DNA from: Christensenellaceae bacterium
GTDB taxonomy: Bacteria; Bacillota; Clostridia; Christensenellales; Borkfalkiaceae
Assembly (NCBI GenBank): GCA_045647765.1
Contig: JAZRMR010000005.1
Location: 1,522 to 65,521, forward strand
Direction: 5' to 3'
Length of the DNA stretch: 64,000 nt
Shown: positions 27,455 through 37,084 of the stretch, piece after piece
Position numbering within the stretch: the stretch's first letter is position 1
How the letters are laid out: each line of letters starts with the position of its first letter
The notes under the pieces: model-generated
Told to the model about the DNA's origin: nothing
Seen by the model: the letters and a program-made list of their open reading frames with translations, nothing else
Database searches by the model: none
Position numbers and translations under genes: made by a program

Positions 27455-28338
27455 TGAAGAGCGGAAGCGTTGCAGTTGTAGGCAGAGCAAACGCAGGTAA
27501 AAGCACGTTAGTCAACGTTATGGTGGGCGAAAAGGTTGCTATCGTTTCTCCTAAGCCACAAACCACGAGAGATAGAATAATGGGCGTGCTCACCGCAGAG
27601 AATTATCAAATTGCATTTATAGATACACCAGGTATATATAGGGCTGATAACTTATTAAATTCTATGATGCAAAAAACTACCACAGATTGTGCAAAAGACG
27701 TGGACCTTATACTCTTCGTTATGGATGCGCACGAAGGAGTTAGCGATACGGATAGAAAACTTTTAGAAAAATATTTATCACTTTCCATTCCAACCGTGCT
27801 CGCACTTACCAAAACCGATATTATGAGCGAAAATCTTTTAATTTCAGAACTAAAAGATTTGTCAGATTTAAACGTGGAGATAGTTCCCGTTTCGGCAAGA
27901 AAAGGAAAGAACGTTAGAGAACTTTTAAAAGTAATACTATCACATTTACCCGAAGGCGATAAACTTTTTGAGGAAGATATAATTTCCGACCGTTCAGAAA
28001 AATTTATGGTTTCTGAAATAATGCGTGAAAAGATACTTTTAAAATTTGATAAAGAAATACCTCACGGCGTTGCAATAATAATAAACGAGTTTAAGTTGTC
28101 GGAAAACAAAAAGACTTATAACGTTAGTCTTGATATAGTGTGTGAAAAGCAAAATCACAAAGCCATTCTTATCGGAAAGGGCGGAAAGGCAATCAAAGAA
28201 GTATCTTCTTTTGCAAGGGCGGATATGGAAAAATTTTTGGGCAGAAAAGTTTTCTTAACCACTTACGTCAAGGTTAAAGAAGATTGGAGAAACAGCGCAC
28301 ACTTAATGAAAGAATACGGATATGGCGTAAACGAATAA
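27454..28338 (+). CDS. era: GTPase Era
   Basis: G1 GRANAGKST and G3 DTPG motifs, and a KH domain (LIGKGGKAIKE). Confidence 0.93.
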   Translation: MKSGSVAVVGRANAGKSTLVNVMVGEKVAIVSPKPQTTRDRIMGVLTAENYQIAFIDTPGIYRADNLLNSMMQKTTTDCAKDVDLILFVMDAHEGVSDTDRKLLEKYLSLSIPTVLALTKTDIMSENLLISELKDLSDLNVEIVPVSARKGKNVRELLKVILSHLPEGDKLFEEDIISDRSEKFMVSEIMREKILLKFDKEIPHGVAIIINEFKLSENKKTYNVSLDIVCEKQNHKAILIGKGGKAIKEVSSFARADMEKFLGRKVFLTTYVKVKEDWRNSAHLMKEYGYGVNE

Positions 28339-28387
28339 TGCATAAATAATTATATAATCCCCATACTTGTATAAGGGAGGGTGGATT

Positions 28388-28510
28388 ATGGATAAAAGCA
28401 AAAAAAGTGGCACCGGTAACAACGAGATTTTGGATTTAATATGGAGCGATTTTGAAAGGACGGGGCAAATCTCATATTATCTGCTCTACAAAAAACTAAC
28501 GGAAAAATAA
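28388..28510 (+). CDS. yqzL: YqzL-family small protein (40 aa; below the ORF-track cutoff)
   Basis: ATG at 28388 after a GGGAGGG RBS. The peptide MDKSKKSGTGNNEILDLIWSDFERTGQISYYLLYKKLTEK resembles YqzL. It occupies the era-recO gap, as yqzL does in Bacillus. Confidence 0.7.
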   Translation: MDKSKKSGTGNNEILDLIWSDFERTGQISYYLLYKKLTEK

Positions 28511-28511
28511 T

Positions 28512-29225
28512 ATGGAAGAAAAATACAGCGGGATAGTAGTCGGCGCAACTTCGTTCGGCGAAAACGATAAAATCTTAAAGATTTTCACTCTTGAAAAGGG
28601 TGTTATTTCCGCTAAAATAAAAGGGGTTAAAAAGGCAGGTGCAAAGTTAAAGTTTGCAACCGAGCCTTTTTGTTTTTCCGAATACCTTTTCAGTCAAAGA
28701 AACGGAATGCGAACTGTTATCGGAGCAAGTCTCATAGATAGTTTTTATCCTATTAGGGAAGACGTGGTTAAATATTTTTCCGCAGGCGCAGTAATTGAAC
28801 TAGTCAAGAAATTCTATCGTGAAAACATTTCGTCCGAACTCGGATTTGTGCTTGCCGTAAATGCACTAAAAGAACTTGCATACGGCGATAACGGGGCGGA
28901 AATTCCGCTGATAAAATACATAGTTAACATGCTTGAAGAGAACGGTTTTTCTCTCACGTTAAACAAGTGTTTTTGTTGCGAAGGGAATTTAAGCGGTAGA
29001 ATATTTTTCGATTACAGGCGAGGTGGTTTTTTTTGCGAGAAATGTTTCGACGGGGTGGGCAGAGAAGTAAATCTTTCCACTTTTGATGCACTTAACGACG
29101 TAATGAACGGAAATAATCCCGAAAAGGAATTTAAGCAAAAAGCACTGAAACTTTTGGATTATTATATCGAAAACAGAACTGATGAAAAAATAAACTCAAT
29201 TAAAGAACTTATTAAAATTTTGTAA
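28512..29225 (+). CDS. recO: DNA repair protein RecO
   Basis: OB-fold N-terminus and a zinc-finger CFCC...CEKC. Located after era. Confidence 0.88.
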   Translation: MEEKYSGIVVGATSFGENDKILKIFTLEKGVISAKIKGVKKAGAKLKFATEPFCFSEYLFSQRNGMRTVIGASLIDSFYPIREDVVKYFSAGAVIELVKKFYRENISSELGFVLAVNALKELAYGDNGAEIPLIKYIVNMLEENGFSLTLNKCFCCEGNLSGRIFFDYRRGGFFCEKCFDGVGREVNLSTFDALNDVMNGNNPEKEFKQKALKLLDYYIENRTDEKINSIKELIKIL

Positions 29226-29348
29226 AAAGCAAAAAGGCTGTTAGAACGCTTGAAAAAAATAAAAAATTGTAGTAGAATGTATAAGTAGTTTGACATAGCA
29301 CTATAACAAAATATAAATTTAGTTAACGTTTAGGAGGAAACAAGAAAA

Positions 29349-31979
29349 ATGAAGTATGTTTATCTGTTCAGTGAAGGCGACGCATCAATGCGTGAACTTT
29401 TGGGCGGAAAGGGTGCAAACCTCGCAGAAATGACCAAGATAGGTCTACCCGTTCCCCAAGGCTTTACCATTTCAACCGAAGCTTGCACTAAATATTATGA
29501 AGACGGAAAACAAATTAACGACGAGATAATGGCTCAAATTATGGAGCATATAGAAAAAATGGAAGAAATCACCGGTAAAAAGTTCGGCGATTTAGAAAAT
29601 CCGTTGCTCGTATCAGTGCGTTCGGGCGCAAGAGCGTCTATGCCAGGTATGATGGACACCATCTTAAACCTCGGTCTTAACGAAGACGTTGTTAAAGTTA
29701 TGGCTGAGAAATCAGGAAACGCTAGATGGGCTTACGACTGTTACAGAAGATTTATTCAAATGTATTCAGACGTTGTTATGGAAGTTGGCAAGAAATATTT
29801 CGAACAACTTATTGACAAGATGAAAGAAGAAAAAGGCGTTACACTCGACGTTGAACTTTCAGCTGACGATTTAAAAGAACTTGCTGAACAATTTAAGGCA
29901 GAATATAAATCAAAAATCGGCGCAGATTTCCCTGCTGACCCCAAAGAACAACTTATCGGCGCAGTTAAGGCGGTATTCCGTTCGTGGGACAACCCAAGAG
30001 CAAACGTATATCGTAGAGATAACGATATTCCTTATAGTTGGGGTACTGCGGTTAACGTTCAAGCAATGGCGTTCGGTAATATGGGAGACGACTGCGGAAC
30101 GGGTGTTGCGTTTACTAGAGACCCTGCAACCGGCGAAAAGAAACTTATGGGCGAATTCTTAACCAACGCACAAGGTGAAGACGTTGTTGCCGGCGTTCGT
30201 ACACCAATGCCAATAGCACAAATGGCAGAAAAATTCCCCGAAGCATTCAAACAGTTCGAAAACGTTTGCAAAATTTTGGAAGACCATTATAGAGATATGC
30301 AAGATATGGAATTTACCGTTGAACACGGCAAACTCTATATGCTTCAAACGAGAAACGGTAAGCGTACGGCTGCCGCTGCTCTTAAAATCGCTTGCGACCT
30401 CGTTGACGAAGGCATGATTGATGAAAAACAAGCAGTTCTAATGATTGACCCCAGAAACCTCGACACACTTTTACATCCACAGTTTGATGCGAAAGCGTTA
30501 AAGAGTGCAAAACCGGCTGCAAGAGCGCTCGGTGCATCTCCCGGTGCGGCTTGCGGTAAGGTCGTTTTCACCGCAGAAGACGCAAAAATCTGGAAAGAAA
30601 GAAAAGAAAAAGTTATTCTCGTTCGTCTTGAAACTTCTCCCGAAGATATCGAGGGAATGAAAGCGTCGCAAGGTATCTTAACCGCTCGTGGCGGTATGAC
30701 TTCTCACGCAGCAGTTGTTGCAAGAGGTATGGGAACTTGCTGTGTTTCCGGTTGCTCTGCAATAACAGAATTTGATGAAGATAACAAAAAGTTTGTCCTT
30801 GCTGGAAAGACTTACAAAGAAGGGGACGTAATTTCAATAGACGGCTCAACGGGTAATATTTACGACGGAGAAATCCCAACGGTTGACGCAACCATTTCAG
30901 GGGATTTCGGCAGAATTATGGCTTGGGCTGATAAATATAGAGTGCTTGGCGTTCGTACTAACGCTGATACGCCTAAGGACGCTACAAAGGCAAGAGAACT
31001 CGGTGCAGAAGGTATCGGTCTTTGCCGTACAGAGCATATGTTCTTTGAGGGTAACAGAATAGACGCATTCAGAGAAATGATTTGCGCTGATACCGTTCAA
31101 GAAAGAGAAAGAGCGCTTGATAAAATACTCCCAATGCAACAAGGCGACTTTGAAAAACTTTACGAAGCGCTAGAAGGTTATCCTGTTACCATTCGTTTCC
31201 TTGACCCACCGCTTCACGAATTCGTTCCCGTTGCTGAATACGATATCGAAGCACTTGCACAAGCACAAGGAAAGAGCGTTGCACAAATCAAGAGCATAAT
31301 CTCTGCTCTCCACGAATCAAACCCCATGATGGGACATCGTGGTTGCCGTCTTGCAGTAACCTATCCGGAAATTGCAAAAATGCAAACGAGAGCGGTTATC
31401 CGTGCGGCAATAAACGTTCAGAAGAAACACCCGGACTGGAACGTTGTTCCTGAAATCATGATTCCGCTCGTTGGCGAAGCAAAAGAACTTAAATACGTTA
31501 AGAACATAGTTGTTGCAACTGCTGATGAAGAAATCGCAGCAGCAAAGAGCGACCTTAAATACGAAGTTGGAACAATGATTGAAATTCCGAGAGCATGTAT
31601 CACTGCGGACGAAGTTGCAAAAGAAGCAGAATTCTTCTGTTTCGGCACTAACGACCTTACTCAAATGACTTACGGTTTCTCTCGTGATGACGCTGGTAAA
31701 TTCCTCAGCGCATACTACGACACTAAGATTTTCGAAAACGACCCGTTTGCTAAGATTGACCAGAACGGCGTTGGTAAACTTATGGATATGGCTGTTAAGC
31801 TCGGCAGAGGCATTCGTGCAGACATGCACTGTGGTATCTGTGGTGAACACGGTGGAGACCCATCTTCAATTGAATTCTGCCATAAGATAGGTCTTTCATA
31901 CGTTTCTTGTTCGCCTTTCCGTGTTCCGATTGCAAGACTTGCAGCAGCACAGGCTCAACTTAAAAATCCCAGAAACTAA
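29349..31979 (+). CDS. ppdK: Pyruvate, phosphate dikinase
   Basis: 876 aa. Phosphohistidine motif GGMTSHAAVVARG and PEP-utilising C-terminal motifs. Confidence 0.95.
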   Translation: MKYVYLFSEGDASMRELLGGKGANLAEMTKIGLPVPQGFTISTEACTKYYEDGKQINDEIMAQIMEHIEKMEEITGKKFGDLENPLLVSVRSGARASMPGMMDTILNLGLNEDVVKVMAEKSGNARWAYDCYRRFIQMYSDVVMEVGKKYFEQLIDKMKEEKGVTLDVELSADDLKELAEQFKAEYKSKIGADFPADPKEQLIGAVKAVFRSWDNPRANVYRRDNDIPYSWGTAVNVQAMAFGNMGDDCGTGVAFTRDPATGEKKLMGEFLTNAQGEDVVAGVRTPMPIAQMAEKFPEAFKQFENVCKILEDHYRDMQDMEFTVEHGKLYMLQTRNGKRTAAAALKIACDLVDEGMIDEKQAVLMIDPRNLDTLLHPQFDAKALKSAKPAARALGASPGAACGKVVFTAEDAKIWKERKEKVILVRLETSPEDIEGMKASQGILTARGGMTSHAAVVARGMGTCCVSGCSAITEFDEDNKKFVLAGKTYKEGDVISIDGSTGNIYDGEIPTVDATISGDFGRIMAWADKYRVLGVRTNADTPKDATKARELGAEGIGLCRTEHMFFEGNRIDAFREMICADTVQERERALDKILPMQQGDFEKLYEALEGYPVTIRFLDPPLHEFVPVAEYDIEALAQAQGKSVAQIKSIISALHESNPMMGHRGCRLAVTYPEIAKMQTRAVIRAAINVQKKHPDWNVVPEIMIPLVGEAKELKYVKNIVVATADEEIAAAKSDLKYEVGTMIEIPRACITADEVAKEAEFFCFGTNDLTQMTYGFSRDDAGKFLSAYYDTKIFENDPFAKIDQNGVGKLMDMAVKLGRGIRADMHCGICGEHGGDPSSIEFCHKIGLSYVSCSPFRVPIARLAAAQAQLKNPRN

Positions 31980-32004
31980 AAATTAACTAGATAAAAAGAC
32001 TAAA

Positions 32005-32034
32005 CCCGACGAGGAAATTTCCCCGTCGGGTTTT
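32005..32034 (+). terminator. Rho-independent terminator after ppdK
   Basis: CCCGACG-aggaaatttcc-CGTCGGG-TTTT. Confidence 0.7.
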
Positions 32035-32048
32035 CATATTATAATTAT

Positions 32049-33062
32049 ATGTTAAATAAAGCGTATATTGATTTAAACGTGTTAAGACAAAACGCATTAT
32101 CGGTAAAATCCAAACTAAAAAAAAGAGTAAAGTTTTGCGCTGTGGTTAAAGCAGATGCATACGGGCATGGGGCGTGTGTGGTTGCAAACGCTCTTTATAA
32201 TATTGTAGACTCATATGCCGTTGCTCTTTTAGAAGAGGCGATCGATTTGAGATTAAGCGGTATCGATAAAGATATTTTAGTGTTAGTTCCCTTTTTTGAA
32301 GAAGATATAGAAAAAGCCGTTTCATATAAATTAACGGCGACCGTTTGTAATAAATATCAAGTGGAGCAATTAAATAGCGAAGGGGAAAGGACAAAGACAA
32401 AAGTCAAAGTACACATTAAATACAATACGGGTATGAATCGACAAGGGGTAGATGGATTAGAAAACTTGAATGACCTTTTAGAGTTTATTTCTAAATGCAA
32501 ATGGGTTAAACTAGACGGATTATATTCGCATTTTGCAGACCCGTCTGATAAAAAATCGAAAATAGAGGCAGAAAAGCAATTTTTGCTTGCAAATAACCTT
32601 GTTAAGAGGTATAATAATAAAGCGATATGCCACATTTCTGCAAGCGGGGGATTTCTAGTCGGCTCTCAGTGGGATATGGTGCGTATAGGCATTTTGCTTT
32701 ACGGATATAAACCGTTTAAAAGCAATCTTGTGGAAGTTTTGCCTGTCATGAAAGTTTACGCAAAAGCGTTAATAGAGAGACAATTAAAAAAGGGCGAAAG
32801 TTCTCTATACGGTTTTTGTCCGTCTAACGAAAACCTGTCGATAAAACTAGTTAGATTCGGTTATGCAGACGGACTTCCGAGACAGACAACTCCTGGCCAG
32901 TTTAATAACAGATGTATGGATATTTCGGCAGTTACCGATAGCGATAGTGAAGAATATCCCATTCTTTTAGACGCAGATGTTTTGGCAAAAAAATACCAAA
33001 CGATAAGTTATGAAATTTTGGTCGGCATAAGTCGCCGTGCGCAAAAAATTTATATAAATTAA
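32049..33062 (+). CDS. alr: Alanine racemase
   Basis: PLP-lysine motif VVKADAYGHG. Length and C-terminal domain are typical. Confidence 0.88.
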   Translation: MLNKAYIDLNVLRQNALSVKSKLKKRVKFCAVVKADAYGHGACVVANALYNIVDSYAVALLEEAIDLRLSGIDKDILVLVPFFEEDIEKAVSYKLTATVCNKYQVEQLNSEGERTKTKVKVHIKYNTGMNRQGVDGLENLNDLLEFISKCKWVKLDGLYSHFADPSDKKSKIEAEKQFLLANNLVKRYNNKAICHISASGGFLVGSQWDMVRIGILLYGYKPFKSNLVEVLPVMKVYAKALIERQLKKGESSLYGFCPSNENLSIKLVRFGYADGLPRQTTPGQFNNRCMDISAVTDSDSEEYPILLDADVLAKKYQTISYEILVGISRRAQKIYIN

Positions 33063-33073
33063 AGGAAAGCACA

Positions 33074-33673
33074 ATGAAATATTTTGGTTTTTTTCTCAAA
33101 CAGGCGCTAATGCCCTTAATTTACTTGTTCTTTATGGCGGTTACTGCTGTTGGAATACTTATCATAAAAGACCTAATTTGGTTAAAGGTAATTCTTTTGG
33201 GATTGAATTTATTTTTATACCTGTTTATCGTTGCCTCAGCCGCTTATCATGACGGACAGAAAGCGTTGAAAGTTAGAATTGCTAACGATATGGAGCGTCG
33301 CCAAATCATACTTACAGGGGAAGATAGACCGCTTAAAATTCGTGAAGAATTTAAGGTTTGGAAAGGTTTTGTTATAGGTGGATTTGCCTGTCTGCCCTTG
33401 ATTATCCTTTTAATTATCCACACAGTTTTAATAAGTGCTTTTGGAAGCGTTTATAACGGGGCGGGTGTCCTTGCGGGATTTCTATGTATGGTTGTGTTTG
33501 CCTTTTTCCGTTTGAACGGAACAATTGCATCTGCGACTTTCTATTATTGGAGTTTAGTTTATATTCCTATAATTGTTTTGACCCAAGGAATTGCTTATTA
33601 TTTGGGTGGCAAAAAGATAGAATTACAACAAGAAAAAATCAAGGAAAAGCATAGAGAAATTTACGGAGATTAA
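33074..33673 (+). CDS. Integral membrane protein of unknown function
   Basis: Four or five hydrophobic segments. AAAGGAAAG RBS. Confidence 0.55.
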   Translation: MKYFGFFLKQALMPLIYLFFMAVTAVGILIIKDLIWLKVILLGLNLFLYLFIVASAAYHDGQKALKVRIANDMERRQIILTGEDRPLKIREEFKVWKGFVIGGFACLPLIILLIIHTVLISAFGSVYNGAGVLAGFLCMVVFAFFRLNGTIASATFYYWSLVYIPIIVLTQGIAYYLGGKKIELQQEKIKEKHREIYGD

Positions 33674-33675
33674 GT

Positions 33676-34215
33676 TTGAGAATAGTCGGTGGAAAATATA
33701 AAAGCCGTGTGCTGTTAAGTTTTGAAAAATTAGGCATTCGCCCAACTTCCGATATGGTTAGAGAAAGTTTTTTCAATATCATTAGAAACGTTGTCTATGA
33801 TGCCAATTTTCTCGATTTGTTTGCTGGAACGGGCGCTATGGGAATAGAGGCTATTTCCCGAGGGGCAAAAAGCGTAACCTTTAACGATTTTTCAAGAGAG
33901 AGCGTGAATTTAATCAAGAAAAATCTCGAAAAGCTCAGCGTGGTTGAGGATTATAAAATAACAAATTTTGACGGTGTTAATTTTCTAAAAAGAACTTCGG
34001 ACAAGTTTGACGTTATTTATATCGACCCACCGTATAACTGCGACTTTTTACAAGAGGTTTTAGATAACATGCGTAATTGCTTAACGGATAATGGAATAGC
34101 AGTCGTTGAAAGTGAAAAGCCAATTGATATACAAGTGGACGGGTTGGAAATTTTCGACAGGAGAAAATACGGCAGAGCGTGTTTAACTTTTTATAAAAAA
34201 GAGGAAAAATTATGA
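33676..34215 (+). CDS. rsmD: 16S rRNA (guanine966-N2)-methyltransferase RsmD
   Basis: TTG start; MRIVGGKYKSRVL..., LDLFAGTGAMGIEAISRGA, and DPPY. Confidence 0.88.
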   Translation: MRIVGGKYKSRVLLSFEKLGIRPTSDMVRESFFNIIRNVVYDANFLDLFAGTGAMGIEAISRGAKSVTFNDFSRESVNLIKKNLEKLSVVEDYKITNFDGVNFLKRTSDKFDVIYIDPPYNCDFLQEVLDNMRNCLTDNGIAVVESEKPIDIQVDGLEIFDRRKYGRACLTFYKKEEKL

Positions 34216-34700
34216 AAACTTGCGTTTTTGCGGGGACGTTTGACCCTATAACAAAAGGACACGAATACGTTATAGAAAAATGCTTAGAAATGTTTGATAA
34301 GGTTGTTGTTGCCGTTGGAGTTAACGTGGACAAGAAACCTATGTTTAGCCTTTCTGAAAGAATGGATATTATTAATAGCGTTTATCAAGACAATAACAGG
34401 ATAAAAGTTCTTTCTTTTGACGGAATGCTAACCCAATTTATGAAAGATAACAATATCAAGTATTCGGTTAGAGGTATACGTGATGAGGTTGATTATAAAT
34501 ACGAGACGACCATGGAACGCTATAATAATCAAATGTATCCTGACATGACGACAATTTATATCCCAACCCCTGCGCAATTAACGCACGTAAGTTCTTCTGG
34601 AATTAGAAATATAATCGAACTTAAAGCAGAATATAAAATGTTTTTATCGGATAAAGCGTGGTTAAAAACGCAAAATATTATCGAGCAAAAAAACAAATAG
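34212..34700 (+). CDS. coaD: Phosphopantetheine adenylyltransferase
   Basis: GTFDPITKGH motif. ATGA overlap with rsmD. Confidence 0.93.
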   Translation: MKTCVFAGTFDPITKGHEYVIEKCLEMFDKVVVAVGVNVDKKPMFSLSERMDIINSVYQDNNRIKVLSFDGMLTQFMKDNNIKYSVRGIRDEVDYKYETTMERYNNQMYPDMTTIYIPTPAQLTHVSSSGIRNIIELKAEYKMFLSDKAWLKTQNIIEQKNK

Positions 34701-35694
34701 AAAAAATAAGACCAACAATAAAGTTTATTACCGCTGAAGTGAGTTTTGAAAGGACGAATGGGGCGGTTTTTATTTTGGCTTTTTTTAGATAAGCAATTGA
34801 TTGGCATATAACCGAAAGACCGCCAAACCCACAAATAAAAGCGCAAACGGGCAAAGTGAAAAGACTTATTCCGCCAACGGCTAAGCGTTTTATTCCCTTG
34901 GTACACTCAAACAATCCAAAAGCCAAACCCTCTGCTATATGACTGTTTTTGCTAAAAGCAAATATCGGTGATATTATTAAAGAAAGCACGTTAAGGCTTG
35001 ATAAAATTTCCGTTAGAATGTAAAAAACCGTTATAAGCCCACCAACAACTAAAACTGATATTACAGAGGAAAATGTTGCTTGATATAAAATGTTATCATT
35101 TTTAAGAGTCGGTGTAAAGGCGTTGCTATTAGGCTTGCTTTTTCTTTTATATAAGGAAAATATTGCGCCGGTGATTAGAGCGGAAATTAAGTGTGTTAAA
35201 AATAAAATTTTTCCGAAAAGACTATTTCTAAAAGTTAAATTACCCACGGATGAAATTAAAAACACCGGCGAGGAAGTAGAACATATTGCCGAGGCTCTAA
35301 CCGCTTCGGCATCTGATAACAGTCCATCGCTTTTTAAGTCGGAAACCATTTTTGCGCCCATGGGATATCCCGACAGCACGCTTATAAAAAAGGCATAGCC
35401 TACACATCCACTAACGTTAAACAATTTGCTTGTTATCGGGCTTAACTTATTAAAAGCACGTCCTGTAACCGATAACGAAGTCAAAAGGGTGGTAATGAAA
35501 AGATAAGGGAAGAGTGCTGGTAGAACGCAAGCAACAAACAGTTTTATACCATCTGTTGTGGCGTATGAGAAATCTTTAAAAAAGCATGTAAAAACGAGTG
35601 TGCTAACTAAAAGACAAAAACAAATCCACTCAGCACAATTAGAAAAATTTTTTTTCAAAATTATCTCCTTATTAATCAAATTTTTTTCGAGCAA
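34678..35694 (-). CDS. ylbJ: YlbJ-like sporulation integral membrane protein (nucleoside-recognition/gate domains)
   Basis: Polytopic membrane protein convergent with coaD, as ylbJ is in Bacilli and Clostridia. Confidence 0.7.
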   Translation of the reverse strand: MLEKNLINKEIILKKNFSNCAEWICFCLLVSTLVFTCFFKDFSYATTDGIKLFVACVLPALFPYLFITTLLTSLSVTGRAFNKLSPITSKLFNVSGCVGYAFFISVLSGYPMGAKMVSDLKSDGLLSDAEAVRASAICSTSSPVFLISSVGNLTFRNSLFGKILFLTHLISALITGAIFSLYKRKSKPNSNAFTPTLKNDNILYQATFSSVISVLVVGGLITVFYILTEILSSLNVLSLIISPIFAFSKNSHIAEGLAFGLFECTKGIKRLAVGGISLFTLPVCAFICGFGGLSVICQSIAYLKKAKIKTAPFVLSKLTSAVINFIVGLIFSICFFAR

Positions 35695-35757
35695 AAGTTC
35701 TATATAATTAATGTATTATGACTTGAAAAAAAATATGGGATATGATAAAATATTTGT

Positions 35758-37068
35758 ATGGATTTATTAGATTTAGCAAATCAAAAACAAAATATTAACA
35801 GCGTTCCTCTTGCAGAGCGCATGAGAGCCAAAACGTTATCCGAGTTTTTAGGGCAAGAGCATATTGTTTCTGAAACGGGATTGTTAAGGCGTGCAATAAA
35901 ACTGGACCGATTGGGAAGTTGTATTTTTTGGGGACCGCCCGGCTCTGGCAAAACGACGCTTGCAAACGTTATTGCAAACGGCACTGCTGGAAACTTCGTA
36001 AAATTAAATGCGGTTAATAGTGGCGTGGCAGACGTTAAAAAGGTCGTTGATGAAGCAAGGTTAAACGCCAAAATGTATGGTAAAAAGACGTATTTGCTCT
36101 TAGATGAGTGTCATCGATTTAACAAAACACAGAGCGACAGTTTGCTTCCTGCAATAGAGCAAGGCGATATAATTTTTATAGGTTCAACCACAGAAAACCC
36201 CTTTGCCTCTATGACTCCGGCTATCGTTTCAAGATGTAGGGTTTTCGAACTCAAAAGATTGAGCGAGGAAAATATCGTATTTGCACTCAAAAAAGCGATT
36301 GCAGACAAGGAAAGAGGATTCGGTAATTACAACCTTCTTGTAGAAGACAGCGCAATTTATCATATTGCAAGAATGTCGGCAGGAGATTTAAGGGTGGCGT
36401 ATAATGCTTTGGAACTTGCAGTGCTTACAACTCAGCCGAATGCCGACGGGAAGATAACTGTTACGCTCAAAGATGCCGAAGAATCAATACAGCAAAAATC
36501 ACTGTCTTATGATGAAAATCTTTATTACGATATGCTTTCCGCATTTTGTAAAAGTCTTAGAGGAAGCGATTCAGATGCAGCCCTTTATTACATGCAAAGA
36601 TTGATTAAAGGTGGGTGCGACCCTTTGCTTATCGCAAGGCGTATTATCGCCCATTCGGCAGAAGACGTTGGAATGGCAGACCCCAACGCACTGGTTGTGG
36701 CAACCAACGCTCTTGTGGCGTTTGAAAAAATTGGTATGCCCGAAGGACTTTTGCCATTATCGGAGGCTGTCGTGTACGTTTGCGAAGCGGAAAAATCTAA
36801 CTCGGTTTATCTGGCAATGCATGCATCGGGAGAAGATGCTGTAAACGTAAAAGACGACACAGTTCCTCCCCACTTGAAAAATTATGAGTTTTCAACAAGA
36901 GAGGACAAGTTGAATAAATTAAATTACAAATATCCTCACGATTACGGCGGTTACGTTGAGCAACAGTATTTGCCAGACCGATTAAAGCGGAGGGTTTATT
37001 ACACTCCTTCGGACAAGGGTTATGAAAAAACAGTAAAACAAACTAGAATTAAAAAAGGGAAAAATTAG
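35758..37068 (+). CDS. rarA: Replication-associated recombination protein A (AAA+ ATPase)
   Basis: Walker A GPPGSGKTT, Walker B LLDECHRFNK, and a MgsA C-terminal domain. Confidence 0.92.
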   Translation: MDLLDLANQKQNINSVPLAERMRAKTLSEFLGQEHIVSETGLLRRAIKLDRLGSCIFWGPPGSGKTTLANVIANGTAGNFVKLNAVNSGVADVKKVVDEARLNAKMYGKKTYLLLDECHRFNKTQSDSLLPAIEQGDIIFIGSTTENPFASMTPAIVSRCRVFELKRLSEENIVFALKKAIADKERGFGNYNLLVEDSAIYHIARMSAGDLRVAYNALELAVLTTQPNADGKITVTLKDAEESIQQKSLSYDENLYYDMLSAFCKSLRGSDSDAALYYMQRLIKGGCDPLLIARRIIAHSAEDVGMADPNALVVATNALVAFEKIGMPEGLLPLSEAVVYVCEAEKSNSVYLAMHASGEDAVNVKDDTVPPHLKNYEFSTREDKLNKLNYKYPHDYGGYVEQQYLPDRLKRRVYYTPSDKGYEKTVKQTRIKKGKN

Positions 37069-37084
37069 TAAAAAGGAAAAACTT